DNA from: an uncultured virus (IMG/VR IMGVR_UViG_3300021399_000142)
Taxonomy: Duplodnaviria > Heunggongvirae > Uroviricota > Caudoviricetes
Virus record (IMG/VR): IMGVR_UViG_3300021399_000142
Direction: 5' to 3' (one strand)
DNA: 64,000 nt
Shown here: positions 19,101-28,387 of the stretch, piece by piece
Layout of the letters: each line of letters starts with the position of its first letter
Position numbering within the stretch: position 1 is the stretch's first letter
Made by a program: the position numbers and the translations under genes
Notes under the pieces: generated by a model
Seen by the model: the letters and a program-made list of their open reading frames with translations, nothing else
Databases searched by the model: none
What the model was told of the DNA's origin: nothing

Positions 19101-20078
19101 CTTATTAAGGCGGGAGCTTTTGATGAAGTTGAAACAGAGTTATCTTCAAGAAAAGAAATTATGGCATATTATATTTATAAAGTCTGCGGTATGAAAACAA
19201 GATTAACTTTACAGAATTGGAACGGTTTAGTTCAGAGTAATTTAGTACCTAAAAATTTAGAGTTACAGATTAGAATTTTTAATTTTAATAAATATATAAA
19301 GGCTTATTGTAAGGTTGGTCAATATTATCAGTTTAATGATATTTGTATGCAGTTTTTTGAGAAATTTATGCCAGAAGTCTTGGATAGTGTTGAAACAATT
19401 AATGGAGCATTTTGTATGTTGCAGAAAGACTGGGACAAGATTTATCAAGCTGGAATGGGCGTGGCACGAGATTGGATTAAGGATAACCAAGTAGAAATCT
19501 TGAAAAAGTATAATGCATCAATATTTAAAGAAATGTGGGATAAATATGCGGAAGGCAATTACTCACATTGGGAAATGGATTCAGTATGTTTCTATCATGG
19601 TGAGCATGAATTAGAAAATATTGATTATAATAAATATGCTTTATCTGATTTTAATAATTTAAGAACAGATGATATTGAATATTATTATAAAAGAGGAAAT
19701 CTTAATATTCCTATTTATAATTTGCACAGAATTGCGGGTACTGTTTTGGATAAAAATGACACAAAGAATTATGTTGTGTTACTCACAAAAACTGGTGTTG
19801 TAAATGTTAAATTGAGTCGTGACCAGTATGCAAAGTATAAGAAAAGAATTAGTGAAATTCAGCCAGATGGTTCAAAAAAGATTGTTGAGCAAGGTTGGTT
19901 CACAAGAGGAAGAATGTTGATGTTTACAGGATATAGGTCAGATGATATAACTTTCAGAGTTAAGACTTATAAGAATACAATGACACATCAGATTTATTTG
20001 ATTGAGGATGTTGTTGGTGATGAAATTAAACTGAGACATGAAAGAGTCAATGGAATAGAAGAAGATTATGATGAATAA
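16139..20078 (+). CDS. dnaE: DNA polymerase III alpha-like (family C); requires a +1 frameshift at codon 18 (CTT TGA C), ~1312 aa
   Basis: GGAGGGAG RBS + ATG 16139 gives MNRIEIHSHSHYSNIRLL*. The +1 frame continues DSINRL...ALTDHE, GPGRGS, GDIDID, SHASG, KYDFL. Confidence 0.9.
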
Positions 20079-20079
20079 T

Positions 20080-20120
20080 GCGGAAACCGGGTCCCATCTA
20101 AAGGACTCGGATTCCCGCGA
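20080..20120 (+). terminator. GC-rich hairpin after dnaE
   Basis: GCGGAAACCGGGTCC...GGACTCGGATTCCCGC imperfect stem; no clear U tract. Confidence 0.35.
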
Positions 20121-20131
20121 AAGGGGTATAA

Positions 20132-20398
20132 ATGAAAGATAATAAGAATAATTATGATTCAATAATAATGACAAAGGAAAATATGGTTAATCATCCCCCT
20201 CATTATTCAGAGGGTAGAAAATATGAGCCAATTGATGTAATTGTAGATTGGAATCTTAACTTCCCGCTCGGAAACACTATCAAGTATATATCTCGTGCTG
20301 GACGAAAAATTGATACACTCGAAGATTTAAAGAAAGCGGCTTGGTATTTAAATTATGAGATACAACGTCTAGAGGTTGAATTGGACACGAATGATTAA
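20132..20398 (+). CDS. DUF3310 family protein
   Basis: VNHPPHY...IDVI...GNTIKYISRAGRK...EDLKKAAWYL. Confidence 0.85.
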   Translation: MKDNKNNYDSIIMTKENMVNHPPHYSEGRKYEPIDVIVDWNLNFPLGNTIKYISRAGRKIDTLEDLKKAAWYLNYEIQRLEVELDTND

Positions 20399-20421
20399 TT
20401 AAGATACAGTAATTTTCAAAT
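20381..20421 (+). promoter_or_regulatory. Putative phage-specific promoter motif upstream of nrdD
   Basis: TTGGACAC-N25-TTTCAAAT. Confidence 0.45.
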
Positions 20422-20473
20422 AATATTACAAACCCTTTAAAATACTTTAATTAATTAAGGAGGAAGTAATCAA

Positions 20474-22621
20474 ATGGAATATTTTATTATTAAACGTGAT
20501 GGAGTTAGACAGAAGTTTAATCCGCAGAAAATTAAGGATGCTATCCTTAAAGCTTTTTATGAGGTAGATGGCGAAATTTCTGATTATGCAAAAACAAAAG
20601 CCGATAATATTGCTAACTATATTGAAGGTTATATGGAAGGTGAGCCAGATGAACTTACTATTGATGAAATTCAATCTCTTGTTGAACATGGTCTTATGAG
20701 TCTGAAGCAAAAGGATGTAGCAACCGCATACATTGAATACCGTCACGAAAGAGATTTATCAAGAAAAAACACAATGGACGACACACTTTCAGAAATGTTG
20801 AAAAATGAAAGTGAATATTGGACAAAAGAAAACAGTAATAAGAATAGTAAAATTTTAACTACTCAAAGAGATTATATGGCGGGAATTATGTCTACCGATT
20901 ATTCTCGTAGATATATACTTCCTAAAGATGTAGTTCAAGCGCATGATAAGGGCGCTATTCATATCCATGATCTAGATTATTTAGCAGAGAATGCAATCAC
21001 AAATTGTTGTCTTATTAATCTGGAAGATATGCTTCAGAATGGTACAGTAGTAAATAATGAGATGATTGAAAAACCGCATAGATTTATTACTGCTATGACT
21101 ATTGCTACTCAAATTATGTTAGGTGTTAGTTCTAGTCAGTATGGCGGCGAGACCATTACAGTATCGCATTTAGCACCTTTTGTTAGAGATAGTTATAATA
21201 GATTTTTAAATAAATATCTTGAAAGAGGCGTTGAAGAAGAAAAAGCAAAAGAATGGGCAGAGTTAGATACTCGTAAAGAAATTTCGGACGGGGTTCAAAC
21301 TTTTAATTACCAGCTTAATTCCATGACAAACACAAATGGACAGTCACCATTCTGCACCGTGTTCTTTTATCTAAACGAAAACCCTGAATATACAAAAGAA
21401 ATTGCGATGATTACAGAAGAATTCTTTAAGCAGAGAATTCAAGGTATTAAAAATAAAGCTGGTGTATATGTAACTCAAGCGTTTCCTAAACTTATCTATT
21501 GTTTAGATGAAAACAATATAACAGAAGATAGTGAATATTGGTGGTTGACAAAATTGGCTGCGGAATGTACTGCTAAACGAATGGTTCCAGACTATATCTC
21601 AGCCAAGGTAATGAAAGAACTTAAGCAAGGTGATGTATACCCTAGCATGGGTTGTCGCTCCTTCTTAACTCCAGACCCTGTGAATCATAAGTACTGGGGT
21701 AGATTTAATATCGGCGTATCTACTGTCAATCTTCCTTATGTAGCTCTTGAAGCAAAGAAAGAAAATAAAGACTTCTTTGAAGTTTTAGATAAATACTTAA
21801 ATCTTTGTCATAAAGCACAGAAAATTAGACTTCAAAGATTAGAGAATGTAACTTCAGATGTTGCTCCTATCCTTTGGCAGAATGGCGCTTTTGCAAGACT
21901 TGCGGAAGGTGCTAGTCTACATGAACTTTTACATGACAACTATTGCACATCTAGTTTAGGTTATGCTGGCTTATATGAAGCTGTTATGATTTTGACAGGA
22001 GAGAGTCATAGTAAGAGGGGCACTAAAGGATATAATCTTGGAATTAAAATAATGCAACATTTAAATGATGCTTGTTCTGCTTGGCGAGAAGCAGAGAATG
22101 TAAGTTATTCTCTTTATGGTACCCCAATTGAAAGCACAACATTTAAATTTGCTAAGGCATTAAAAAAAGACTTTGACATAATTGAAGGTATTACCGATAA
22201 AGATTATGTAACTAATAGTTATCATGTAACACCTTCAGAAGAAATTTCTGCTTTTGATAAAATTGATATTGAGGCTGACTTCCAGAGACTTAGTCCAGGA
22301 GGCGCTATTAGTTATATTGAAGTTGGAAATTTACAGAAAAATATTCCCGCAGTTCTTCAATTATTACAATATATGTATGATAAAATTATGTATTGTGAAA
22401 TGAATACTAAATCTGACTATTGTTATAATTGCGGATATGATGGGGAGATTGAGATAAAAAAAGATGAAAATGGAAAATTCTATTGGCAATGTCCTTGTTG
22501 CGGGAACCAGGACGAGGATCGAATGGCTGTAACCAGACGTGTGTGCGGATATCTAGGTACAAATGGTTATAACCAAGGCCGCATGAATGATATAGCTGAT
22601 AGATATGTTCATCTTCAATAA
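20474..22621 (+). CDS. nrdD: Anaerobic (class III) ribonucleotide reductase
   Basis: ATP cone (IIKRDG), NCCL, MGCRSFL, CxxC/CxxC and glycyl-radical RRVCGYL. Confidence 0.95.
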   Translation: MEYFIIKRDGVRQKFNPQKIKDAILKAFYEVDGEISDYAKTKADNIANYIEGYMEGEPDELTIDEIQSLVEHGLMSLKQKDVATAYIEYRHERDLSRKNTMDDTLSEMLKNESEYWTKENSNKNSKILTTQRDYMAGIMSTDYSRRYILPKDVVQAHDKGAIHIHDLDYLAENAITNCCLINLEDMLQNGTVVNNEMIEKPHRFITAMTIATQIMLGVSSSQYGGETITVSHLAPFVRDSYNRFLNKYLERGVEEEKAKEWAELDTRKEISDGVQTFNYQLNSMTNTNGQSPFCTVFFYLNENPEYTKEIAMITEEFFKQRIQGIKNKAGVYVTQAFPKLIYCLDENNITEDSEYWWLTKLAAECTAKRMVPDYISAKVMKELKQGDVYPSMGCRSFLTPDPVNHKYWGRFNIGVSTVNLPYVALEAKKENKDFFEVLDKYLNLCHKAQKIRLQRLENVTSDVAPILWQNGAFARLAEGASLHELLHDNYCTSSLGYAGLYEAVMILTGESHSKRGTKGYNLGIKIMQHLNDACSAWREAENVSYSLYGTPIESTTFKFAKALKKDFDIIEGITDKDYVTNSYHVTPSEEISAFDKIDIEADFQRLSPGGAISYIEVGNLQKNIPAVLQLLQYMYDKIMYCEMNTKSDYCYNCGYDGEIEIKKDENGKFYWQCPCCGNQDEDRMAVTRRVCGYLGTNGYNQGRMNDIADRYVHLQ

Positions 22622-22632
22622 GAGGTGATAAT

Positions 22633-23172
22633 ATGCGTTATGCAGGATTAAAACTTAATGATGCAACGAATTGTGACCAGGGCATCGTAGTTTCTTTCTG
22701 GGTGCAGGGCTGCCCGCACAAATGTGCGGGTTGTCATAACCCAGAGACTTGGTCTACAGAGGGAGGTAAAGAGCTTCCCGCTAATATAAAAGAACAAATA
22801 GTTAAAGCGATTTCCGCAAATGGAGTTCAAAGAAACTTTAGTGTGCTGGGCGGTGAACCACTGTTTAACGGTAATTCAAAATTGGTTTTGGAAATTTTGA
22901 ATTCGGTTCGTGCCTCTTATCCAAAAATTAGAATTTTCCTCTGGACAGGATATCTTGCAGAGGATTTATTTAACACTACTGATACTGTAATTCAATCTAT
23001 TCTAGAAAAAGTTGATGTTTTGATTGATGGACCGTTTCAGCAAGAAAAGAAGGATTTAACAATACCTTTAAGAGGTTCTAAGAATCAGCGTATATGGGAG
23101 AGAGACCCTGCCGCAGGTTGGATAGATAAGACAGAAGAATATGATAAAGTTGCATTTTCTAAAAAATTATGA
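22633..23172 (+). CDS. nrdG: Anaerobic RNR activating radical-SAM enzyme
   Basis: GCPHKCAGCHN, LGGEP, DVLIDGPF, RGSKNQR. Confidence 0.95.
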   Translation: MRYAGLKLNDATNCDQGIVVSFWVQGCPHKCAGCHNPETWSTEGGKELPANIKEQIVKAISANGVQRNFSVLGGEPLFNGNSKLVLEILNSVRASYPKIRIFLWTGYLAEDLFNTTDTVIQSILEKVDVLIDGPFQQEKKDLTIPLRGSKNQRIWERDPAAGWIDKTEEYDKVAFSKKL

Positions 23173-23178
23173 TATAAT
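23150..23178 (+). promoter_or_regulatory. sigmaA-type promoter
   Basis: TTGCAT-17 bp-TATAAT with TG. Confidence 0.7.
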
Positions 23179-23209
23179 AATATAAGAAAAATATAAGAGG
23201 AGAAAAATT

Positions 23210-23590
23210 ATGGATAATGTAAAATCAAGTATTAATCTCTATGATTTTAATAAAGCAAATATGGCGCAGATTAAACCATACGACCCTATTGCTCTTAATC
23301 TTATATGTAATAAGACAGCAGAGAATATCTGGCATACTTTCTCACAAGGTAATTATTCTTATTGGATGCTCTTATGTAGAGAAAGAAATGATTATACTAT
23401 CTTCCGCCTTGAAGATAGCGTTTCTAGTTTTTCTTCTGCTCTTGTAGAATGTTTAAACAATAGAGGAAGAGTGCTAGATATAACCAAGCAAGAAGATGGG
23501 AACTATGAAATCTGGATTAGAGATTTTGACACAAATGAAAATGTTGTGTATTACCTTTTTGATTATCAAAATGGTATAGTGGAGGTGTAA
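23210..23590 (+). CDS. Hypothetical protein
   Basis: 126 aa, GAGGAG RBS. Confidence 0.7.
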   Translation: MDNVKSSINLYDFNKANMAQIKPYDPIALNLICNKTAENIWHTFSQGNYSYWMLLCRERNDYTIFRLEDSVSSFSSALVECLNNRGRVLDITKQEDGNYEIWIRDFDTNENVVYYLFDYQNGIVEV

Positions 23591-23592
23591 TT

Positions 23593-23847
23593 ATGGGTAA
23601 TAATAGTATAGTTACTGCAATCCGCCCTTTTGTTATAGAACAAGAGGTTCGTGTATATGAAGAGGAAGAGTGCAAGAAAAATGTAAAATGCACTCTTGAT
23701 GAATTAGAAAAGGTTATTATATCTTTAGTCAAAGAATTTAATGTTCAGGAGATAGACTTGGGCGGGAATCAAGCTTTTGCCCTTCATTTAAAAGAAGAAC
23801 TTATGAGTAAATATGCAGAAAATCATTTTAACATTACTATTTATTAA
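23593..23847 (+). CDS. Hypothetical protein
   Basis: 84 aa, GGAGGTG RBS. Confidence 0.65.
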   Translation: MGNNSIVTAIRPFVIEQEVRVYEEEECKKNVKCTLDELEKVIISLVKEFNVQEIDLGGNQAFALHLKEELMSKYAENHFNITIY

Positions 23848-23868
23848 AATATAAAGGAGATAAAGGAT

Positions 23869-24135
23869 ATGAATTATATCACTCAAGTAGTTGAAAACAT
23901 TAGAGTTCCAGATGTGAACGAAGTAGAAAAACTTCATACTCAGTTAAAAAATGATAGAAGATTTGAACTTAAAAAGTTTGAATATCAACACAAGGAAGTA
24001 AAACAAAAGGGAGAAGTTATAGATGAGTATGAGCTTGTAAAAGCAACTATGATATTTAATAATGAAAAAGAACCAACTTATACTGTAAAGATTAATTTTG
24101 ATACTGAGGAAGGAATATTTCCAGAGGTAGAATAA
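23869..24135 (+). CDS. Hypothetical protein
   Basis: 88 aa, AAGGA RBS. Confidence 0.65.
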   Translation: MNYITQVVENIRVPDVNEVEKLHTQLKNDRRFELKKFEYQHKEVKQKGEVIDEYELVKATMIFNNEKEPTYTVKINFDTEEGIFPEVE

Positions 24136-24211
24136 TATAATTTTATTTAGAATGTCATATAAAGATAATATATATTCAAAATTAAAAGAATTTTTAGGAG
24201 GAAATTTTCTA

Positions 24212-24649
24212 ATGATTATTAGTGAACTTAAAGTAAAGAAGCTGGTCTCTGAGGCTATTATCCCAACAAGAGGTAGTAAAGAAGCTGCGGGATGGGATCT
24301 ATATGCTGCAGAAGATGCTACTATTAATCCAGGTGAGACGGTTAAGATTAGCACTGGTATTGCAACTGCACTCCCAGAGAATACCTTTGGCGCTATTTTT
24401 GCGAGGAGCGGACTCGCTACTAAGCAAGGACTAGCCCCAGCTAATAAAGTTGGTGTTGTGGACTCAGACTACCGAGGCGCCGTCATTGTGGCATTACATA
24501 ACCACGGTAAAGAAGAGCAAACAGTGAAAGCTGGAGACCGCATTGCTCAATTAGTTATCCTACCATATGTTCCTACTGTTTTAACAGAAGTAGAGGAATT
24601 AGATGATACTGAGCGCGGGGATGGTGGTTTTGGTCATACAGGTGTTTAG
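24212..24649 (+). CDS. dut: Trimeric dUTPase
   Basis: AAGWDL, ARSG, GVVDSDYRG, RIAQL, RGDGGFGHTG; AGGAGG RBS before ATG 24212. Confidence 0.95.
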   Translation: MIISELKVKKLVSEAIIPTRGSKEAAGWDLYAAEDATINPGETVKISTGIATALPENTFGAIFARSGLATKQGLAPANKVGVVDSDYRGAVIVALHNHGKEEQTVKAGDRIAQLVILPYVPTVLTEVEELDDTERGDGGFGHTGV

Positions 24650-24691
24650 AAGTATAGTTTACAAGCTTGGCTTCGCGCGCTCTTTGAAAAC

Positions 24692-24730
24692 AATAAAAGG
24701 GGAAGACATAAGTCTTCCCCTTATTTTTTT
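24692..24730. terminator. Bidirectional terminator where the two arms converge
   Basis: AATAAAAGGGGAAGAC-ATAA-GTCTTCCCCTTATTTTTTT. Confidence 0.85.
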
Positions 24731-25259
24731 ATGCAAATTCAAAACCGAATTCATCTTTAATTATCTTATCATCTACCACAGGAAGAGGTTCATGAGTATA
24801 CGCAAAATTAATACATATTGCATCAGCTTCATCGTCATTTACATCCAAATTATACATTTTTTTCACAAAAAGTTTATCTACCTTTTTAAGACTCTCTCGA
24901 TGTACACCTGCGCCTGTCTTTATGCCACATCTTTTTCTCCACTCACTGGCTAAATAAAAATCTGGTTTTATATTATAGTCGTTTAATAAGTCACATAAAA
25001 AACCTTGTAAATACATAAGTGGTTTAAAAACATTGTTATTATGTCTTACGTCCTCTGGGATGACATCCTCTACAATACAGCCTGAAAAATTATATTTATC
25101 TAAAATAATTTTTAATTCTGTCATTATTTTATGTATTCTATTATAAAGATTTGCGCTTCCCGCAGTTATAACGCCACTCTCTATTAGCTGTCCATTTTTA
25201 GTTACACTATAACCAGTTGATTTAGTACTTGGGTCTAAGCCCAAAATATATTTATCCAT
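24729..25259 (-). CDS. RuvC-like Holliday junction resolvase
   Basis: ILGLDPSTKSTGYS, IVED, SEWRK and NDDEADAI RNase H-fold motifs. Confidence 0.85.
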   Translation of the reverse strand: MDKYILGLDPSTKSTGYSVTKNGQLIESGVITAGSANLYNRIHKIMTELKIILDKYNFSGCIVEDVIPEDVRHNNNVFKPLMYLQGFLCDLLNDYNIKPDFYLASEWRKRCGIKTGAGVHRESLKKVDKLFVKKMYNLDVNDDEADAICINFAYTHEPLPVVDDKIIKDEFGFEFA

Positions 25260-25362
25260 TAGTATTTTACCTCGCTTATTTCCTTTCTTATATATTCTAT
25301 TACTCCCATATTAAACCAAATCCTTTCTTTTGTTTAGATAAAGACTTCCTCTATCTAACTTC

Positions 25363-25391
25363 AGTATAACAAAAATTTTGCTAAAAGTCAA
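25363..25391 (-). promoter_or_regulatory. sigmaA-type promoter for the resolvase
   Basis: TTGACT-17 bp-TATACT with TG on the - strand. Confidence 0.75.
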
Positions 25392-25403
25392 ATTATTCTA
25401 AAC

Positions 25404-25439
25404 AAAAAAATAGGGCATCTATTACAGATGCCCTTTTTA
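25404..25439. terminator. Terminator at the end of the tail-fibre operon
   Basis: AAAAAAATAGGGCATCT-ATTAC-AGATGCCCTTTTT. Confidence 0.8.
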
Positions 25440-25469
25440 ACCAATCTTAAGTCACATATTTCTAGCTAT

Positions 25470-25898
25470 TTATTTCCAATAATATCTTGGTTTTTCTTGT
25501 CCTAAAAACCAATATCGAACATAATCATCCAATACTATGGCTACCATAGTTAATCCATACCATAGTATAGCAAAAGGTAAGCAAATCTGACCAAATAAAT
25601 TAAATGGTATATTACTATAATCCCATATATTTAATCCTAGAATTATATTTAGAATTACACCCGCAACAAATTCTATCGCTACAACTACACAAGTACCTAT
25701 AAGAGCTTGTTTCCAAAAAGGTGTTCGCCAATTATATCCTTCGTTTAATAAACCAATAATAACGAAACATATACCGCCAACAATTCCCATAGTCCAGTGT
25801 GTATGTCCGCGCCAAAGAATTTCAATACCCATATAAATCAAGGCTCCAACGCAGAATAGAAACAGTAACTGAAGAATTAGTTCTATTTTTTCTTTCAT
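25470..25898 (-). CDS. Four-TM membrane protein (putative ABC-permease/CmpB-like family found in phage tail regions)
   Basis: IEILWRGHTHWTM...NIWDYSNIPFNLFGQICLPF; AGGAGG RBS before ATG 25898. Confidence 0.7.
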   Translation of the reverse strand: MKEKIELILQLLFLFCVGALIYMGIEILWRGHTHWTMGIVGGICFVIIGLLNEGYNWRTPFWKQALIGTCVVVAIEFVAGVILNIILGLNIWDYSNIPFNLFGQICLPFAILWYGLTMVAIVLDDYVRYWFLGQEKPRYYWK

Positions 25899-25949
25899 AC
25901 TAATCCTCCTATTAAAATGCGGAAAGCGAGGTTCCACCACGCATTAAGT

Positions 25950-26867
25950 CTACTTTCCGCCAATAAACTTCTCAATAAGTCGTTGTGACTGAACCATAAT
26001 CATATTATAAGTATCAAGATATTCACCTGTTAAAGGAGTATTGAGAGTAATAGCTTTTACTTCCTCAATAGTAGTTAATGTATTGATATATCTTTTGATT
26101 TGGTTATTAAATGTCATTCGGCTAGTTGCATTTGTTTCAGCTGCTACGTAAATTGCAACAAGTTCTTCTTTGGTAAATAATCTACAGTTCTCATTATCAG
26201 CGTGGTAAGGAACTTTCAAGCCTGTCTGAATTGCTAAAGTCATAGCGTTGTAAAGATTATTCTGGTCGGTTAAAGTATAGCTATAATGAGAGCCATTAAC
26301 ATCTACACCTGCAACGATAGCGTCTGCACAAAGATTAGAAATTTCAGCGATTTTGCTTTCTTTTGCGGATTTTAATTTTTCTGCATCTTTCTCTTTCTGC
26401 CAAGCTGCCTTTTCTTCTGCTGTTACATCAATTTTTTGACCATTTACTATCTTATAAAGACAGAATCCATTCTCATCAAATAGTTTAATATGAGCATACT
26501 CTTGATGAGCTTTACCTGTTCCCTCATCTACAAGGAGGGCATTTTTCTCAATAACTTGAGTTCCTGTTACTTCAGAAATAATATAACCATCTTCATTGTA
26601 AATAAAGTATGTTCTATATATTTGATTATCACTTGATAATACCAATGTGCTCTCAGTATCTTCCCAAATAAAAGAGAATCTACTCATATCCGCAATAAGT
26701 CGAGGTTTTGTCTGTGCAATATCTGAGTATTCAAATACTCCAAAACCGCCTTCAACCTTAGCTGGACGGGAAATGAGTCCTTTGATAGTGGCTAAAGTAC
26801 CTGTAAAAGTACATTCATCACATTCGTAGTAGCGTCTTGAATCACTATTAAATTTTATAAGTGGCAT
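25950..26867 (-). CDS. DUF4376-containing tail-fibre-associated/assembly protein
   Basis: C-terminal AKESKIAEISNLC..I.AG...YSYTLTDQNNL...YHAD pattern; follows the fibre genes. Confidence 0.6.
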   Translation of the reverse strand: MPLIKFNSDSRRYYECDECTFTGTLATIKGLISRPAKVEGGFGVFEYSDIAQTKPRLIADMSRFSFIWEDTESTLVLSSDNQIYRTYFIYNEDGYIISEVTGTQVIEKNALLVDEGTGKAHQEYAHIKLFDENGFCLYKIVNGQKIDVTAEEKAAWQKEKDAEKLKSAKESKIAEISNLCADAIVAGVDVNGSHYSYTLTDQNNLYNAMTLAIQTGLKVPYHADNENCRLFTKEELVAIYVAAETNATSRMTFNNQIKRYINTLTTIEEVKAITLNTPLTGEYLDTYNMIMVQSQRLIEKFIGGK

Positions 26868-27008
26868 TTATTTTTCTCCTTTCTATCAATTAAACCATCT
26901 ATCTCTGTCTTGTAAAACAAGAGATTGGAAATATTTACAAGCTAGAAGTGATTTTTACTCTAGCTCGTAATTATTTCTTTTAAAAATTTTAGATAGTATG
27001 CTTATATT

Positions 27009-28331
27009 TTAAGCAGTTCGTTCCCATATATATACTGATTTATACTTAGGAAGGTTATTATGAGCGTAACCTGAACCTCTAGATCCAGTACTTGTTATAC
27101 TACTACCTCCTGTTGTTCCAGGGTCTGTAGTAATACTATGATTATGTGCGCCTGCTGCACCTGTCCAACATTGTGGATATGCTGCTGACGCGTGATCTTC
27201 ATTAAAATCTAATCGTGAACCGTCAGCGCCATCATTAGCTAAAACAAACTGCTGGTGAACATGATCACCCACCCAACTTGTTGAACCGTTTAATGACGGA
27301 ATAGAATGTGTATGTGACATTCCATGACTGTGATTTGGCATTTCACTTATGGTTAATGTGTGAGTATCTTCACCAGCAGTATAAACAGCACTATTAGCAA
27401 CTACTCCACTAGATGCACCTCTAAGCATATAACCTGTATGTTGAATCCAAGTAGTGTCAGCTCCGTATATCTCTCGAACTTTTGCTAGTGAATTTAATGT
27501 AGTTGAATGAATAATCATACCGATATGCGATGCTTGTTTACTTAATGTATTGTAAACATTATACAAGGCATTTTGACTTGCGGCAAGGCCGCCTGCGGCA
27601 TTGCCTCCAGAAATCGAGCTTGTATATGTATCACTTAATTTAACGTGTCCATAATTACTAGCAGTGCCCATTCCATATCCCGCGTTACTCGATGCATGAG
27701 CCGCGAGACTGAGTATATTACCTGTCAAAGTCAGACCAGGTCCTGCAGAATATTTTGTATCAACACAAGTAAAGGTCTGAGCTCCCGCGCTTGTTAGACG
27801 ACCTTTTTCATCGACAGTAAAATTAGGGACTGAAATAGTAACACCATTAGAGCCAGTTACATCTTCAGTGGGTCCGTATTCACCTGCGGAAACCCCTGTA
27901 CTTGTAAGGTCAATGCTGTTATTTAAACCTATTTCAATATTTTCACTGTTATTATAAGTAGTATCTTGAGGAGTTCCCCAAGTTCCATCACCTTTTAAGA
28001 ATTTAGTGTTATCTGACATGGTAGGTGCAGGTACGAAACCCGCATCCCCATCAGTAGTAGGTGTAGCGCCAGTCATGCCTAAATCAACATTTGAACTATT
28101 GCCACTCCCGTTTATTAATTGTATATTATTAGCGTTCTTAGAAACATCCGCAATATATTCTGTAATATCTTTATCATTTTTATCTGTGGTAGCTTTATCC
28201 GCAGATAAGGCGTGGAAAACAGTTGCTTCTGTTTCAAGACCATCAACATTCTGATAATCAACGCCAATGTCTTTTGTTAAATAAGAGCCATCAAACTGTC
28301 TAATTCCAACTTGTTTTATTGTATTAGCCAT
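27009..28331 (-). CDS. Tail fibre / receptor-binding protein with gp10-C-like, HxH-rich tip
   Basis: YGHVKLSD repeat, GEDTHTLTISEMPNHSH...HNNLPKYKSVYIWERTA. Confidence 0.75.
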   Translation of the reverse strand: MANTIKQVGIRQFDGSYLTKDIGVDYQNVDGLETEATVFHALSADKATTDKNDKDITEYIADVSKNANNIQLINGSGNSSNVDLGMTGATPTTDGDAGFVPAPTMSDNTKFLKGDGTWGTPQDTTYNNSENIEIGLNNSIDLTSTGVSAGEYGPTEDVTGSNGVTISVPNFTVDEKGRLTSAGAQTFTCVDTKYSAGPGLTLTGNILSLAAHASSNAGYGMGTASNYGHVKLSDTYTSSISGGNAAGGLAASQNALYNVYNTLSKQASHIGMIIHSTTLNSLAKVREIYGADTTWIQHTGYMLRGASSGVVANSAVYTAGEDTHTLTISEMPNHSHGMSHTHSIPSLNGSTSWVGDHVHQQFVLANDGADGSRLDFNEDHASAAYPQCWTGAAGAHNHSITTDPGTTGGSSITSTGSRGSGYAHNNLPKYKSVYIWERTA

Positions 28332-28387
28332 CTTATTTTTCTCCTTTCACTCATTGACGATTGCCATTTTAATTTATTGTTTTTATT

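Noticed and set aside
2817..22621. Inteins or further introns in DnaB, DnaE or NrdD
   Set aside because: Protein lengths are ordinary, catalytic motifs are contiguous, and no intein-like C...HN blocks were seen.
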